Assembly (NCBI GenBank): GCA_964616145.1
Contig: CAZTRD010000002.1
Location: 4,553-68,552, forward strand
DNA: 64,000 nucleotides
From: an uncultured Candidatus Saccharibacteria bacterium
GTDB taxonomy: Bacteria; Patescibacteriota; Minisyncoccia; Minisyncoccales; PEYH01
Direction of reading: 5' to 3'
Below the pieces are notes generated by a model. It ran no database searches. It was not told the DNA's origin and saw only the letters and a list, made by a program, of their open reading frames with translations. Numbering within the stretch: position 1 is the stretch's first letter; each line of letters begins with the position of its first letter. Positions 39,455 to 48,758 of this stretch are shown one piece after another. Both the position numbers and the translations under genes were made by a program.

Positions 39455-39845
39455 AACAAAAAACTTATTAATTGAACAGCTTAAAAAGACTCCCGTCGCA
39501 CAAATTGCCTGTGAAAAAGTTCAGGTTGCGAGAGCATCATTCTATCGCTGGAAAATTGAAGATAAGGAATTCGCAAAAGCAGTTGAGGAGGCATTACTTG
39601 AAGGAGAAACTTTTATTACAGAGATGAGCGAGTCACAACTAATTTCTATGATTCGAAATGGTAATTTTCAGGCAGTTCAGATGTGGTTGCGTCATCATAA
39701 TCCTAAATATGGTCAGAAGATAGAGATTTCGGGAAATATAAATCAACCACAAGAGGAATTAAATCCCGAGCAAGAGGCAGTGGTCCGGGAAGCCCTACGT
39801 CTTGCATCATTACTCCCCGAACAAAAATCAGAAGAAAACAATTAA
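39441..39845 (+). CDS. terminase small subunit-like HTH protein
   Basis: Small helical protein directly upstream of terminase large subunit; ASFYRW-type HTH. Confidence 0.4.
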   Translation: MKKDKTKNLLIEQLKKTPVAQIACEKVQVARASFYRWKIEDKEFAKAVEEALLEGETFITEMSESQLISMIRNGNFQAVQMWLRHHNPKYGQKIEISGNINQPQEELNPEQEAVVREALRLASLLPEQKSEENN

Positions 39846-39863
39846 TTAAATTTAAATAAAAAT

Positions 39864-41345
39864 ATGACAGAAATAGACTATCAACAACTTCTCAAAAAGT
39901 ACAATTGTAATCACCTATCTTTAGATTTGGTGGAACGAATGATAAAAGATCGCAAAATCCGTACTGCAATCTGCAAACAAAGTTTCTTTATATTTTTTCA
40001 TTTTTACTTTGCCCATTACGTGAAATATATGACAGCCTCATTTCAGCGCGAAATATTTCATCTCGTAGAGCAGGAAAAAGACAAAAATCTTTTTGTGATC
40101 GCTTTCAGAAATTCAGGGAAATCAACGATTCTTACAACCGCCTATCCTATCTGGGCAATTATTGGTAACCAACAGAAAAAATTCGTATTGATACTTTGCC
40201 AGACAAGAAGTCAAGCAAAACAACACATGATGAATTTAAAACGAGAACTTGAAGGGAATCAACTTCTCAAAGATGACCTTGGGCCCTTCAAGGAAGAAAG
40301 CGATGAATGGGGTTCAACCTCTCTCGTTTTTGCTAGATTAAATGTGCGCATTACCGCAGCCTCAACCGAACAAAGCATCAGAGGATTGAGACATGACCAG
40401 TATCGTCCAGATCTTATTATCGGAGATGATGTTGAAGATCTCAATTCGACCAGAACAATGGAAAGCAGACAGAAAACCTATCAATGGCTCACTGGTGAGG
40501 TGATCCCAGCCGGAGACAAGAGTACTAGGCTTATTATTGTTGGTAATCTTTTACACGAAGATTCGCTCCTTATGCATCTAAAACATGACATAGAAGAAGA
40601 ACGAATTAACGGTTTGTTCAAAGAATATCCACTGTTTGATAAACAAGGAATAATTGCATGGCCGGGAAAATATGCTACCGAGAAAGATATTGAAAATGAA
40701 AAGAAAAAATCCGGGGACGAAATTGCCTGGCAGAGAGAGTATCTTCTCCGCATAGTTTCTGACGCCGGAAGAGTCGTTCATCCCGAATGGATCCATTATT
40801 ACGATTACGATAAAGATCTTCCAAACGACGAACATTTTATTCAAACTTACGTTGGCGTTGATTTAGCGATATCCGAGAAGGATAGCGCACATCGTACAGC
40901 TATTGTTGCAATGAAGATTTATCGACGAGAGGATAGGGACTACGCATATGTCATGCCCTTCCCCTTTAACGATACTATAGGGTTTCCAGAACAAGTAAAT
41001 CAAATAAAGCTACTAGTGTCAGATACTAAGAAATATCGTTATCCGAGAATCTTTGTTGAAAAAGTTGCATATCAAGCATCTATTATCCAGCAGTGTCAAA
41101 ATTTAGGTATTGTGATAGAGGGAGTTCCTCCGCATGGAGATAAACGTGAGAGGCTTGCGCTTACTACCGCAGCGATAAAAGAAGGGCTTATTCTATTTCC
41201 AAACAAAGGAGCAGAGGAACTTATCGCTCAGCTTACTGGATTTGGTACAGAAAAGTATAACGATTTGGCAGATGCATTCTCGTTGGTTGCAAATCAATTT
41301 ATAGCCTATTCTAATCAATCTGGACCAATGCTTACAATTTTTTGA
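39864..41345 (+). CDS. phage terminase large subunit
   Basis: Walker A FRNSGKST, Walker B LIIGDDVED, C-terminal RNaseH-like nuclease (VGVDLAIS). Confidence 0.7.
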   Translation: MTEIDYQQLLKKYNCNHLSLDLVERMIKDRKIRTAICKQSFFIFFHFYFAHYVKYMTASFQREIFHLVEQEKDKNLFVIAFRNSGKSTILTTAYPIWAIIGNQQKKFVLILCQTRSQAKQHMMNLKRELEGNQLLKDDLGPFKEESDEWGSTSLVFARLNVRITAASTEQSIRGLRHDQYRPDLIIGDDVEDLNSTRTMESRQKTYQWLTGEVIPAGDKSTRLIIVGNLLHEDSLLMHLKHDIEEERINGLFKEYPLFDKQGIIAWPGKYATEKDIENEKKKSGDEIAWQREYLLRIVSDAGRVVHPEWIHYYDYDKDLPNDEHFIQTYVGVDLAISEKDSAHRTAIVAMKIYRREDRDYAYVMPFPFNDTIGFPEQVNQIKLLVSDTKKYRYPRIFVEKVAYQASIIQQCQNLGIVIEGVPPHGDKRERLALTTAAIKEGLILFPNKGAEELIAQLTGFGTEKYNDLADAFSLVANQFIAYSNQSGPMLTIF

Positions 41346-41424
41346 AATTAGATCAAAAAATTTATTAAACAAGCGGCAAAAATAATCAAGAATTTACTAA
41401 CTGTAACGGTCTGGACTTACTCGC

Positions 41425-42780
41425 ATGGTTGCGTCATCCTTGCCTTGTATGAATACACCAACCATAGGGCTACCAGGGGCTATAGCCCAAACACATATCC
41501 AAGCCCCAGAAAAGGTAAAATATGTGCTTTATGCTCGTAAATCGACCGAATCTGACGAAAAACAAGCCCTTTCCGTGGACTCACAGATAAAAGAAATGCT
41601 TCAAATAGCAGAAAGAGAGGGTTTAGAAATCGTTGATATCCGCCGAGAATCCCATTCAGCCAAAGATTCCGGCCAAAGACCTGTGTTCAACGAGATGATA
41701 AAAGATATCCGAAGTAGTAGATATACCGGGATTTTAACTTGGGCACCGGATCGACTTTCCAGGAACGCCGGCGACCTAGGGGTGTTGGTCGACCTTATGG
41801 ATCAAAAATTATTGGTAGAAGTAAGAACATTCGGCCAAAGATTTACAAATTCGCCAAGCGAAAAATTCTTGCTCATGATTCTCGGAGCCCAAGGCAAACT
41901 GGAAAACGACCAAAAAAGCGTGAATGTAAAACGAGGATTAAGAATGAGAGTAGAAATGGGTCTTTGGCCTAGCACTGCCCCAACGGGCTATCTTAATGAA
42001 AAACGTATAGATAGAAAAGGCTATGTGATGACTGATCCAGAAAGATCCTCTGTTATCAAGCAAATGTTTGAAAAAGTTGCGTACGAAAAATGGAGCGGTA
42101 GAAAAATATATCATTGGTTAAAATTTGACCTAAATTTCAGGACTAAAAGTAATCATCACCTATCGTTGAGTAACGTTTATCTCATTCTTCAAAATCATTT
42201 CTACTATGGCATATTTGAATTTCCCAGAAAAAGTGGCAATTGGTATACTGGAAAACATCAACCAATCATTAATCAAGCTTTATTCGATGGAGCTCAAGAA
42301 CAATTAAAAAGAGACATTCTTAAGCACGAAAGCAAAGAATTTGCCTTCACCAAGTTGATGAAATGTGGATTGTGCGGTTCCGGAATTACCGCTGATGAAA
42401 AATTCAAGAATCTAGTTGATGGATCAACAAGACGGCATGTTTATTATGGGTGTACCAAAAGCAAGGATAAGAATTGCAAGTGCGGTTATATCAGCGAGGA
42501 AAGTCTAATTGAACAACTTGTTAAGATTATAGATGATATCAGTTTAGATGAATTGGGTATAAAAAAGACATTGGAAGAAGATATCAAGAAATATTATAAA
42601 TTCAAACAAATTGTATTGGGATTAACTGATAAAGACGATTTAGCAGTTAAAGAAATAGATATCAAGAATTACGTAAAATATATCCTAAAAGAAGGTAGAA
42701 TCTTTGAAAAGCGAGATATTCTTGATAATCTTAAGAGTCGGTTGGTATTAAAAGAAAAGCAAATTTATCTGGAAAAATAG
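41425..42780 (+). CDS. large serine recombinase/integrase
   Basis: YARKSTESDEKQALSVDSQ catalytic-Ser resolvase N-domain, a recombinase domain and a C-terminal zinc ribbon (CGLCGS...YYGCTKSKDKNC). Confidence 0.75.
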   Translation: MVASSLPCMNTPTIGLPGAIAQTHIQAPEKVKYVLYARKSTESDEKQALSVDSQIKEMLQIAEREGLEIVDIRRESHSAKDSGQRPVFNEMIKDIRSSRYTGILTWAPDRLSRNAGDLGVLVDLMDQKLLVEVRTFGQRFTNSPSEKFLLMILGAQGKLENDQKSVNVKRGLRMRVEMGLWPSTAPTGYLNEKRIDRKGYVMTDPERSSVIKQMFEKVAYEKWSGRKIYHWLKFDLNFRTKSNHHLSLSNVYLILQNHFYYGIFEFPRKSGNWYTGKHQPIINQALFDGAQEQLKRDILKHESKEFAFTKLMKCGLCGSGITADEKFKNLVDGSTRRHVYYGCTKSKDKNCKCGYISEESLIEQLVKIIDDISLDELGIKKTLEEDIKKYYKFKQIVLGLTDKDDLAVKEIDIKNYVKYILKEGRIFEKRDILDNLKSRLVLKEKQIYLEK

Positions 42781-42997
42781 GTAGGGATTAGATATAATAG
42801 TAGTATTAACAATCTATGTTGCCTAAACCTCGTAAGAGGCATGGCACAAAAACCGATCAAGGCATTAAGCTCGTCGTCAGAGCGCCTTGATCGGTCATAG
42901 CTCGAAAGGGTTATGGGTGGTCGTAAGACCATCGCTGGCGGCGAGCTTTATGTTATGCCACCGAAAAAAGTCATATAAATTTAATTAATAAAAACAT

Positions 42998-43312
42998 ATG
43001 GGAATTTGGAAAACCTTAAACACAAATACAAAAGAATTAGCTAATGGATTGGATAAAAAAACTAAAGGGCCTAAGGACATAAAAGAAACAAAGTGTACAT
43101 GTAGCGCTTGCGGAAATATTTGGTATTATGGCAAACAAGAAGCTTGGGAGCAGAAATCCAATGTCATGAGCAATGCTGGAAAATCAATGATGTGCTGCAG
43201 TGGCTGTCTACCAGCACTTTTAATCTCTCGCAAAAAAACTATGGATCTTGATAAATGCTCTAAGTGTGGATCAAGGGCGGTTAAAAAAGAGGAAATAATA
43301 CATCATGTTTAA
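42998..43312 (+). CDS. small zinc-ribbon protein
   Basis: CTCSACGN...CSKCGS. Confidence 0.3.
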   Translation: MGIWKTLNTNTKELANGLDKKTKGPKDIKETKCTCSACGNIWYYGKQEAWEQKSNVMSNAGKSMMCCSGCLPALLISRKKTMDLDKCSKCGSRAVKKEEIIHHV

Positions 43313-43523
43313 TATAATCATTTTCGCAATAAAGATTTATCAGAAATTAATTTCTCCAATATTGAAACGTATGGGAGTAAGATGTCGTTTTTATCCAACT
43401 TGTTCCCAATACTCGATAATGGCTATCAAAAAATACGGCCTACTAGTTGGTACGCGAAAAACATATTTCAGATTAAAAAAATGCAGACCAGATAATCTTG
43501 ATAGTTGCATAGATTTTCCATAA
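43305..43523 (+). CDS. yidD: membrane protein insertion efficiency factor YidD
   Basis: CRFYPTCSQYSIMAIKKYG matches the YidD signature. Confidence 0.7.
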   Translation: MFNIIIFAIKIYQKLISPILKRMGVRCRFYPTCSQYSIMAIKKYGLLVGTRKTYFRLKKCRPDNLDSCIDFP

Positions 43524-43538
43524 ATAATAAAAAATTAA

Positions 43539-44615
43539 ATGGCTATAATCATCTCAAAAAACGGTAAAAATGCTAAGAAGATTGATAAATCAGCTTTCGA
43601 AAAAGAGGATTATCTACAGAGATATATTCAAAACAACCCCGAAAGCATACCTCTTTACGACATTAAAGAAGATATTCATCTTTTAATTTTAGCGAGAGAA
43701 TTCTCTACAGATAGCGGTCCGATTGACGCATTGGGAGTGGATAAGGATGGTGAAATTTATCTCGTAGAAACCAAGCTTTACAAAAATCCCGATAAAAGAT
43801 TAGTGGTTGCCCAAGTTTTGGACTATGGTGCTTTTCTCTGGCACTCTTATAATAATTTTGACGAATTAGCTAGGATTTTAGATGAAAAAGTGAATAAAAA
43901 ATTTGGCATAGGTCTCAACCAAAAACTTAAAGATTTCTTTAAAATTGATGATGAGGAAATTTTGATTCTAATCGAAAGCTTTAAAAAGAATCTCAATGAA
44001 GGAAATTTTAAATTCGTCGTACTAATGGATAAATTACATAATCAGCTAAAAGATCTGATTATTTTTATCAATGAAAACAGCCGATTCGATATTTTCGCGG
44101 TAGAAATGGAATATTATAAATATGATGATTATGAAATAATGATTCCTAAATTATTCGGGGCAGAGGTTAAAAAAGACATTGGAGTTTCATCATCCAGCGC
44201 CAGAAGAAAATGGGAAGAAAAGAGTTTTTTTGAAGATGTCGTGGCAAATCTAAGCGAAGAGGAAATCGATGCGGTAAAAAAACTATATGAATTTTCTAAA
44301 AATAATGCAGAGCATATAAGTTGGGGGACGGGAGTTGCTCGTGCGTCTTTCAGTGTAAAATTTTCAAGGATTAGCGAAACAAAATCTCTTTATACGGTTA
44401 AGAGTGATGGCAAATTAAGCCTCAACTTTGGATGGCTTAATGCTAATGATATAGTTATTAGATACAGAGACAATTTTAAAAACATACTAGAAAAAGAAAA
44501 ATTATTCTCTATCCCGAAAAATTATAAAACTCTTTCTCCTGGATATAAAATAGATGTTTGGTATAAAAAAACTGATGAGTTTATTAAAGCGATAGAAGGT
44601 TTAATAGAAAAATAA
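43539..44615 (+). CDS. hypothetical protein with a PD-(D/E)xK-like core (DALGVDKDGEIYLVETK)
   Basis: Motif only. Confidence 0.35.
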   Translation: MAIIISKNGKNAKKIDKSAFEKEDYLQRYIQNNPESIPLYDIKEDIHLLILAREFSTDSGPIDALGVDKDGEIYLVETKLYKNPDKRLVVAQVLDYGAFLWHSYNNFDELARILDEKVNKKFGIGLNQKLKDFFKIDDEEILILIESFKKNLNEGNFKFVVLMDKLHNQLKDLIIFINENSRFDIFAVEMEYYKYDDYEIMIPKLFGAEVKKDIGVSSSSARRKWEEKSFFEDVVANLSEEEIDAVKKLYEFSKNNAEHISWGTGVARASFSVKFSRISETKSLYTVKSDGKLSLNFGWLNANDIVIRYRDNFKNILEKEKLFSIPKNYKTLSPGYKIDVWYKKTDEFIKAIEGLIEK

Positions 44616-44947
44616 TTCGGGCGTGTAAGAACATCTAATAGTGAACGCTTTTTTAGTTTAATCTACACCATAAATTAAACTATCGAATTTGAGCATTCTC
44701 TACCACTGAAAAACTTATTATAAAACTAAAACCGGCTGGAGTGCAGCACTTGTTATATTGCGCTACTTAACGCAGCACAGCACAACAGAACGCATCGCAA
44801 TTCCAACCGGCAATTTTATTTTACCAACTCAATAACACTTGTCAAGATTCCAACTCTTCATCTTGATATTTTCATGTCTAAGGATGACAGTGTAATTTAT
44901 CTTCTGGCAAGCAAAACTACCCCTCCCGGTCGCCAGAACGATGCTCA

Positions 44948-45118
44948 ACGATGCTGTGTGCCCCGGTCTAGAATTTACACCTATCAAGTCATAGAGGGTC
45001 TTCAAGTTATAATTTCATTCAAGATTTGACCCGTCTCGGTCGGAGCATATATTTCAATTCTAGCACAAAATGAGACAAATGAGACACAGGAAAGGGATAT
45101 ATTGGGGTGTCTCATTTT
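44948..45118 (+). repeat. about 171-nt repeat element, copy 2, directly abutting high-GC island B
   Basis: See 20109-20281. Confidence 0.8.
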
Positions 45119-45126
45119 AAGACAAA

Positions 45127-45160
45127 GCCCCTAGCCTCGGTTTACACCTTAGCTAGGGGC
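45127..45160 (-). terminator. GC-clamp hairpin GCCCCTAGC...GCTAGGGGC, 30 nt after the stop of the 607-aa gene
   Basis: 9-bp stem; a weak T-rich tail on the minus strand. Confidence 0.45.
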
Positions 45161-45189
45161 GGGATCTCTGATCAAGTGGAAATAGCGAC

Positions 45190-47013
45190 TCATCCTTGCG
45201 CACGCTCGAGGTTCGCGTTGACGGTTTTGTACAACTCCGCCAACTCCGGAGACAACGGATCGGGAGCGAACTCCGCAACCACTGCAAGTGCTTGAGCGAG
45301 GCCTTCTTCACCCTGTCCGTTGAAGGCGGTTTGATACGCCTTCGTGAGACGAGCAAGAGGCTCTTCCAGAAGTGCAACCAAGGCTTCTGCATCTTGGCAG
45401 AGTTCCTGGTTAAGCTCTAGCTTGCCGTCTTGGATGTAGAGAATGCCCGCTCCCATGAAGCACGTTGCGATGGTCTTGGCTTCGTTGTAGTAGGGCCTGA
45501 ACGTTGAGTTGGCAGCCATGTTCTTGGCGAATCTTCGTAGAATCTCGCCAATTAGGTAAGCTACCATCTCTGGCCCAAGCTGGCCTTCGAAGCTCGCTTT
45601 GATACCCAGCATAGCCTTCAAGCCCAAGATCGTCGCCTTGGTCTCCTCGAAGCTCGGCTTGTGAGCTCCAAAGGCTGGTTTGATCTTGGCGTTGATGAGC
45701 CATGGGTGTCCAAGCTCGTGAGCGATGACAGCGATGAGATGGGCAAGCAGACTGAAGTGCTTCTCAAGCCACTGTAGAGTCTTCTGCCCGAAGCACGTTC
45801 GAATCAGGTGCTCGAACTGTGCTTGACGAATCTTCATCGTGAGCACGTCGAGGATAGCCTTCATCCCCTGCTCTTGGACCTCCGATCTGTTCGGAACCGA
45901 TTGCCCCGCAAGTCGGAAATCCACCGTCCCACCAGCCATGAGGATGAACGCGTCAGCGTCGATCCCCTCGAGCTTCTTGACGTATTCACTGTCGCCGGCT
46001 TCTGCCCCGAACGGTGCGATCGCCCTACGCAAAGCAGTGATAAGACGAGCAAGTTCCGTAGAACGATAGAGCACGCGGAACTCCGGAGCGACGGTGGTTG
46101 GATGTTGATACCCATCCTCCATCATGTGAACCGGCATCACTCTCTGGTTTGGACCGATCTTCAACCAGGCCCAGTCGACATCCGCCCAGACCTCCTCAGT
46201 GTCTGAAAGATTGGATTCAACGATAGCGTCCTTGAGAGCTCGGAAGTAGTTCCGATATGCTCTCGCCACAGATACTTGTTCGAGGGGAAGCCCGGTGTCT
46301 CCCATAGCGTCACGAAGGGATCGAATCAGGACTTCAAGAATTCCTGTGATCTCTCCGATCTCCTCGGGAAATGCGATCACGAATGGGACTTCGCATAGTT
46401 GAGCAACGACGTCCCTGGAAAGCTTGCCCTCGAAGAACCCACCTTCGGACCTGACCAGCACACTGTAGTGATTTGGACAGGCCTGGCTCACGACTTCCTT
46501 GAGTCCAGGATCTTCCCTCAACCCGAGCTGATACGGCACGACGACCTTCGCTCGCCACGCGAAGAATAGCCGATCGAATGCAGCGGCAAGCGGTAGCATG
46601 CCTCTCAGCAGAATCCCCTCGAGAATCGAGAGGCCGTCTGAACGATCAGCTAAGGCAAGCATCATCGTATCTTGAGCTCGAACAACTGGCCAGACAACGA
46701 GCTCGAAGAACTGTTGAAGCTTGACTGGATCGTCTTGAGGAAGCTCACCGAGAGTAGCAGTCCTCTGCGCTGCGTACTGCACCGCAAGATCGAGGGGTAT
46801 TGCCAACCCGATTTCCTCAAGCAATCCGTAGATGTGGGCGCGCGAATCGGGACGTGTCATCACGAAACGCTCGCTTGCCTCCAAAGCTTGCTTGAGATCC
46901 CCTTCGAAATCGCGATTCCCGGTAGAGATTGATACGCCACCTGAACGTCCTGGGTGTAAATCTGCCAAAAAGGCAGCCCATTCTTGACTCCGTCTTGATC
47001 GTGGGATCATCAA
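45190..47013 (-). CDS. high-GC 607-aa gluzincin-type zinc metallopeptidase-like protein (HELGH...E), possibly M3/M32-like
   Basis: IAHELGHPW HExxH with a Glu 24-25 residues downstream; GGAAGGAG SD 5 nt before the ATG; GC-rich codon usage. The internal antisense ORFs are artefacts. Confidence 0.5.
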   Translation of the reverse strand: MMIPRSRRSQEWAAFLADLHPGRSGGVSISTGNRDFEGDLKQALEASERFVMTRPDSRAHIYGLLEEIGLAIPLDLAVQYAAQRTATLGELPQDDPVKLQQFFELVVWPVVRAQDTMMLALADRSDGLSILEGILLRGMLPLAAAFDRLFFAWRAKVVVPYQLGLREDPGLKEVVSQACPNHYSVLVRSEGGFFEGKLSRDVVAQLCEVPFVIAFPEEIGEITGILEVLIRSLRDAMGDTGLPLEQVSVARAYRNYFRALKDAIVESNLSDTEEVWADVDWAWLKIGPNQRVMPVHMMEDGYQHPTTVAPEFRVLYRSTELARLITALRRAIAPFGAEAGDSEYVKKLEGIDADAFILMAGGTVDFRLAGQSVPNRSEVQEQGMKAILDVLTMKIRQAQFEHLIRTCFGQKTLQWLEKHFSLLAHLIAVIAHELGHPWLINAKIKPAFGAHKPSFEETKATILGLKAMLGIKASFEGQLGPEMVAYLIGEILRRFAKNMAANSTFRPYYNEAKTIATCFMGAGILYIQDGKLELNQELCQDAEALVALLEEPLARLTKAYQTAFNGQGEEGLAQALAVVAEFAPDPLSPELAELYKTVNANLERAQG

Positions 47014-47209
47014 TACTCCTTCCCTTCTTCATTTTCCACTTGTATCAGATTGACAAGGTGCGCTATCACCCCCTCCTTTAGAAGGTGATTGTTTTGTGAT
47101 TTTAGAATAATCTCTAGAAATAGTCAACGAAGGTTTTTAAATGCTTAGGATTATAAAAAAACTGTTATTTACAAGCATTTTTATTAATTAATAAAAAAAA
47201 TAAATTAAG

Positions 47210-47725
47210 CTACCAATACCAAGGTGGAAGTTTTAACTTTAAAGATTTAATATTCCTTTCTAATAAAATATTACGTGCGACTTCTTCTATTTTTATGTCT
47301 CCCCTATCTAATTTAGTATGACAATTTGGGCACAACTTAATGATATTCATAAAACAATTTGGCCCCCCTTTTTCTTTTGGAATAAAATGAGCTTCTTCTA
47401 GATATGTTTCTTCGCCGCAAATTTCACAAAGTTTTAATTCTGATAATTTTTTATTATTTGCTTTCAATAAATTTTCGCTATCCTTTTTCTTCAGTCCAAG
47501 TATTCCAATCCATCCTTGTCGACTACCAAAACCACTTAAGGTTGGCCTTCTGATCATCCATCTATCAGCCATTTTTTTCAAGCCCCAGTTTTTATCGTGA
47601 TAAAATTCTTGCCAATCTTGTTCCAAAGTATGGCCAAGTCTTTTTTCTACATCAAGCATCTTAGATGTTTTAGTTCCTTTTGGTTGAGGTAAAAATTTGT
47701 GGTTTTTTGGACTTCTAATAGTCAT
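47210..47725 (-). CDS. HNH endonuclease
   Basis: CEICGEE...EAHFIPKEKGG...CPNCH HNH motif. Confidence 0.6.
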   Translation of the reverse strand: MTIRSPKNHKFLPQPKGTKTSKMLDVEKRLGHTLEQDWQEFYHDKNWGLKKMADRWMIRRPTLSGFGSRQGWIGILGLKKKDSENLLKANNKKLSELKLCEICGEETYLEEAHFIPKEKGGPNCFMNIIKLCPNCHTKLDRGDIKIEEVARNILLERNIKSLKLKLPPWYW

Positions 47726-47768
47726 AATTTGATTCCTCTCGGACTTTCTCGATACTACAACCTGATTG

Positions 47769-47839
47769 CTGCGGGGCTAGGATTCGGACCTAGATTAATT
47801 GGTTCAGAGCCAATCGTGCTACCATTACACTACCCCGCA
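47769..47839 (-). tRNA. tRNA-Gln (anticodon CUG)
   Basis: Hand fold: U1-A72 acceptor TGCGGGG/CCCCGCA, T-arm CTAGG-TCCGAAT-CCTAG, anticodon stem ATTGG/CCAAT with loop CTCTGAA. Confidence 0.7.
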
Positions 47840-47844
47840 ATTAC

Positions 47845-48753
47845 TTACACTCTTAAATACTTTCTAATGGCAATGATGCTGGAAATGACGCTCAAACCAA
47901 TACTAACAGATATTTGCAAAAAGAAAAGCAGAATAGCATTTGAAGAAAACCAGCCAAAAGAATTAAATCCTCCTGTTACTGTCATAATCTTGGGAGCTCC
48001 GAAATAGCTGATAACAAAGAATACAAAGAAACAGATCAAAGACGCTATCAAGCCGCACAAAGCGGCTTGTACGATAAAAGGACCCTGTACATACCAATTG
48101 GAAGCTCCAACCAGCTTCATTACTCCTATCTCTTCCGCATTGTCTTTTATCGCAGTCCTTATCGTATTAAAAGCTATTAAAACAGAAATCAAGCCCAAAA
48201 TTAAGACTGAAAGAATGCCAAAAAGATTAATATTTGAAGCCAAAGAAAATACTTTTTCTATCACCGCCTTTTTCTCCAGATAATCTACTCTGTAAACGAT
48301 ATCTTTAAAGATATCTCTTTCTAATAATCCGATTACGGTAGCATATTGCCCGGAGCTCTTGGCTCTGACATTAAAAGAGGGGTAAAAAGGATTTGATCCG
48401 ACTACTTCTAATGATTGTAAGATAATAGTATCGTTTTCATGCCTTTTCTTGAAATCCTCTAGGGCCTCTTCTGCCGTGATATATTCTACGCTTTTAACTT
48501 CTTCTAAAGTCATCAATTGGGTTTTAATCTCTTCTGATTTTTCCAAACTCAATTCCTCTTGCAGATATATGCTCATATCTACCTTTTTTTCAATCTCTGA
48601 AACTACATGGTTTAAAGAACTCTTTAATAGAAACAAAGAAGTTAAAATCACAATGGCGATAAAAAGAATGAATATGGTTGCTAGATTTAATGATTTTTGC
48701 CTTCTGAAGTTGAGCGTTCCTAATTTTAAGATTCTTTTTAATGGTGTAAACAT
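47845..48753 (-). CDS. ftsX: cell division permease FtsX
   Basis: Four TM helices and a large periplasmic loop; downstream of ftsE. Confidence 0.7.
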   Translation of the reverse strand: MFTPLKRILKLGTLNFRRQKSLNLATIFILFIAIVILTSLFLLKSSLNHVVSEIEKKVDMSIYLQEELSLEKSEEIKTQLMTLEEVKSVEYITAEEALEDFKKRHENDTIILQSLEVVGSNPFYPSFNVRAKSSGQYATVIGLLERDIFKDIVYRVDYLEKKAVIEKVFSLASNINLFGILSVLILGLISVLIAFNTIRTAIKDNAEEIGVMKLVGASNWYVQGPFIVQAALCGLIASLICFFVFFVISYFGAPKIMTVTGGFNSFGWFSSNAILLFFLQISVSIGLSVISSIIAIRKYLRV

Positions 48754-48758
48754 ATTTT

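Noticed and set aside
42781-42997. ZTP (pfl) riboswitch call
   Set aside because: Only a loose resemblance (CUGGCG, GGGU...GAC); the downstream genes (a small Zn-ribbon protein, yidD) are not purine or folate genes.
20109-45118. Interpreting the two 170-nt repeats as attL/attR of the serine-integrase element
   Set aside because: Serine integrases leave only a short crossover dinucleotide, not a 170-nt duplication, and the copies are only about 80% identical. Fragments of the same element also occur at other islands.
45153-47032. Multiple 60-130-aa ORFs on both strands inside 45190-47013
   Set aside because: Typical high-GC spurious frames nested within the 607-aa SD-initiated HExxH gene.
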